A DNA stretch of 51,197 nt from Patescibacteria group bacterium (GTDB lineage: Bacteria > Patescibacteriota > JABMPQ01 > JAHIRA01). Below, one piece after another: positions 48,910 through 51,197 of the stretch. The translations under genes and the position numbers were made by a program. Within the stretch, counting starts at the first letter, position 1; each line of letters opens with the position of its first letter. The notes below the pieces were generated by a model that was not told where the DNA came from, made no database searches, and saw only the letters and a program-made list of their open reading frames with translations. The stretch covers positions 1 through 51,197 of the forward strand of contig JAHISJ010000007.1 in the NCBI GenBank assembly GCA_018818205.1, written 5' to 3'.

Positions 48910-50757
48910 TCACTTTTTCTTTTTGTAGGAATTTTCTTTAATTTTTTCTTCAAGTGCGTGTGCCTGTTTTTTAGGCAAGATTTTCTCAAGTTCTATAAGC
49001 GGTGCCTTCTCAATCTTCCGAATATCGCCAAAATGTTTAATGAGCTGTTTTTTTCTGGCAGGGCCAATGCCGGGGACCGTATCTAAAATGGAGACGTGCG
49101 AGTTAGTACTTCTTAAGTTTCTGTGATACGCGACCGCGAACCTATGTGCTTCATCTCGGAGTTGCTGGAGGAGTCTAAGTCCCTCTGATTTTTTTGAAAA
49201 AATAAGAGGTAGTTTCCTTCCCGGCATAAAGATTTCCTCTTCTCTCTTTGCAAGCGAAATAATCGGCAGATCAACGTCATACTTCTTTAGTGCTCTAAGA
49301 GCTGCGTTTAGTTGTCCTTTCCCACCATCAATAACAATAAGATCCGGCTCTGGCCATTTCTTTTCTTTGTATGTTTTTGCAAAGCGCCTGGAAAGTGTTT
49401 CATAGAGCATTCCGGTATCATCGGGGCCAATGACACTTTTTATTCTAAATCGTCTGTATTCGCTTTTTTTTGCGTGGCCATCTATAAAGACGACCATTGA
49501 TGCGGTCGGATTGGTCCCTTGAATATTTGAAATATCAAAGCATTCCATACGTATAGGTACAGTGGGAAGAGCTAAGGCGCTTTTTAGATCATGCAAAGTG
49601 AGAGTCAAATCTTTTTTTGCATGGGAAATTTTGGAAAGAAACAGTCTTGCATTCTTCTCTCCGAGGGCAAGCATTTTTTTCTTTTTCCCACGTTTAGCAA
49701 CAAAAAAAGTAAGCTTATGTATGGTTTTTGGGGAGATATTTCTTTTCTCGAGAAGCGTTTTGATATAGGAAAAGGGAAACGTAAGGGTATCTTCAGCAAT
49801 GATTGTTTTAGGAAAGGTATGTGTTTTTGAGTAGTAACTGACTACAAAAGATGAAAGGATCTCCGGAAGTGTGCTGTCTATGGGAGCGTTTACAATAAAG
49901 TTTTCTTGACCGATCAACTTGCCGCAACGAACCAGCATAAGGGACACCACAAGCTCTTTGCCCCGATACACTGAAATATAGTCTTCATTACTATTTTTAG
50001 AAGAAACAACTTTTTGCTCGGCAAGAATCTTTTTAATCGACCGTATCTGATCACGTCTGATAGCCGCTTTTTCATAGTCTTTAAGCAGTGAAGCTTCAGT
50101 CATCTCTTTGTTGAGCAATGCCATAACATCAGTGCTTTTGCCACTTAAAAAGAGCATGCATTTCTCAATTATTGCGTTGTATTCTTGGGTAGAGACTGCG
50201 CCAATGCATGGTCCCAAACAGAGGCTTATGTGATATTTTAGACACGCTCTGTTTTTTGGCCCTTTGCTCACTTTTCCATCCACAATCTTTACCGGACAAT
50301 CACGGTACGGAAACATTTTTCTGAGCAAGCCAAGCGTTTGTTTTACCGCTTTGCCATCAGTAAAAGGGCCAAAATACTGACTTTTTGAGTCGGTTATTTT
50401 TCGTGTGGTGGATATTTTGGGATAATCGTCAGCATACTCTATTTTGATGAAAAGGTGACTTTTATCGTCCTTAAAAATAACATTGTACTGTGGCCTGTAT
50501 TTTTTTATGAGGTTTGCCTCAAGGAGGAGCGCTTCAAACTCTGAATCGGTAACAATCGTTTTAATATCAGAAATCTGAGTAACCATCTGTTTTTTGCTGT
50601 TTTCAAGCGAGGCACTCTTTTGGAAGTATGAGGATACTCTGCTTTTGAGTTGTTTTGCCTTTCCCACATACAAAACAGTGCCACTTGGATCTTTAAAGAG
50701 ATAGACACCAGGAAGCTTGGGGAGGGTAGAAAGAATTTTTTTGATTTGTGAAGTCAT
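48910..50757 (-). CDS. uvrC: Excinuclease ABC subunit C
   Basis: LP..PGVY...YVGKA..L..RV.SYF GIY-YIG, ECFDISN, IDGGKGQL, RDEAHRFA, HhH PGIG. Confidence 0.97.
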   Translation of the reverse strand: MTSQIKKILSTLPKLPGVYLFKDPSGTVLYVGKAKQLKSRVSSYFQKSASLENSKKQMVTQISDIKTIVTDSEFEALLLEANLIKKYRPQYNVIFKDDKSHLFIKIEYADDYPKISTTRKITDSKSQYFGPFTDGKAVKQTLGLLRKMFPYRDCPVKIVDGKVSKGPKNRACLKYHISLCLGPCIGAVSTQEYNAIIEKCMLFLSGKSTDVMALLNKEMTEASLLKDYEKAAIRRDQIRSIKKILAEQKVVSSKNSNEDYISVYRGKELVVSLMLVRCGKLIGQENFIVNAPIDSTLPEILSSFVVSYYSKTHTFPKTIIAEDTLTFPFSYIKTLLEKRNISPKTIHKLTFFVAKRGKKKKMLALGEKNARLFLSKISHAKKDLTLTLHDLKSALALPTVPIRMECFDISNIQGTNPTASMVVFIDGHAKKSEYRRFRIKSVIGPDDTGMLYETLSRRFAKTYKEKKWPEPDLIVIDGGKGQLNAALRALKKYDVDLPIISLAKREEEIFMPGRKLPLIFSKKSEGLRLLQQLRDEAHRFAVAYHRNLRSTNSHVSILDTVPGIGPARKKQLIKHFGDIRKIEKAPLIELEKILPKKQAHALEEKIKENSYKKKK

Positions 50758-50823
50758 GGAATTCTCCGCTTATCTGTATTATACATAGAGCGTGTTATTC
50801 CGGACAGTCTTTCCGAATTTAGG

Positions 50824-50852
50824 TCCCTCCCCCTAGTAAAGGGGAGGGAATA
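50824..50852. repeat. C/G-run palindromic repeat (related to 14252-14281)
   Basis: TCCCTCCCC-CTAGTAAA-GGGGAGGGA; shares TAAAGGGGAGGGAATA with the 14 kb copy. Confidence 0.6.
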
Positions 50853-51147
50853 CGATATGTAATTTTTGACATTGTTTTTTGCATTATCTTTTGCTACAAT
50901 TACTATAGGCACATTGATAGAATCAGTAACAGTATGTATGAAGGAGTCTGACACAAAAGCTTGTTTTAATGCTTTCTTTTTAACAAAGAGAGGAGACCTT
51001 ACTCAATGTTTATAAATAAAACTAAGCTTACCCTCAGACTTTTTTTGTGCGGAAAAGCTGACCCGCCTGCACTTTTACCACATCAAAAAAAGCAAGGTTT
51101 TTGCTAGAATGTTTGTATACACATAACAAACATAAAAAAACCTTGCT

Positions 51148-51197
51148 ATGAACATTGTAAAACAAAAATGGGACTATTTAAATGCTACTTTAGATCA
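51148..51197 (+). CDS. Possible 5' end of a gene running off the window (MNIVKQKWDYLNATLD...)
   Basis: ATG directly after a long hairpin containing TGcTAGAAT; frame open to the edge, but only 16 codons are visible. Confidence 0.35.
   Translation, partial: MNIVKQKWDYLNATLD

Noticed and set aside
1-51197. Alternative genetic code (TGA=Gly), tRNA or rRNA genes
   Set aside because: Conserved genes are full length under code 11 and TGA ends genes such as gpmI and uvrC; no cloverleaf or rRNA-like sequence was recognised in intergenic regions.

Overview
Bacterial chromosomal window, AT-rich, standard genetic code (TGA serves as a stop). Gene content and order (rpoB-rpoC, ftsK-rodZ-recA, rpsF with a long acidic tail-ssb-rpsR, uvrC-secG-orphan peptide SBP-rnj, many disordered ORFans) point to a Patescibacteria/CPR genome; this is inference. 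Accessory material includes: (i) a probable ISL3-family IS end at the left edge that truncates a Bro-N/antirepressor gene, followed by an HTH-Panacea antitoxin / RelE-like toxin / RNase H-like triad; (ii) a NUDIX::racemase chimera; (iii) several stand-alone ORFans with their own sigma70 promoter, strong Shine-Dalgarno and downstream hairpin, among them an outer-membrane beta-barrel-like protein and a Cys-rich repeat lipoprotein; (iv) a five-gene phosphomutase/phosphatase operon followed by a perfect 33-bp inverted repeat. The best candidate for an undescribed system is 19641-27807. It is a split dikinase locus: one stand-alone ATP-grasp (PPDK_N) subunit and three tandem paralogues, each a divergent helical domain fused to a phospho-His swivel domain, with no pyruvate-binding domain. 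The paralogues are coupled to a carbamoyltransferase-fold enzyme with a rewritten acceptor site, and a metal-dependent amidohydrolase lies next to them. No rRNA, tRNA or CRISPR array was seen. All assignments come from motif recognition by eye; no searches were run.
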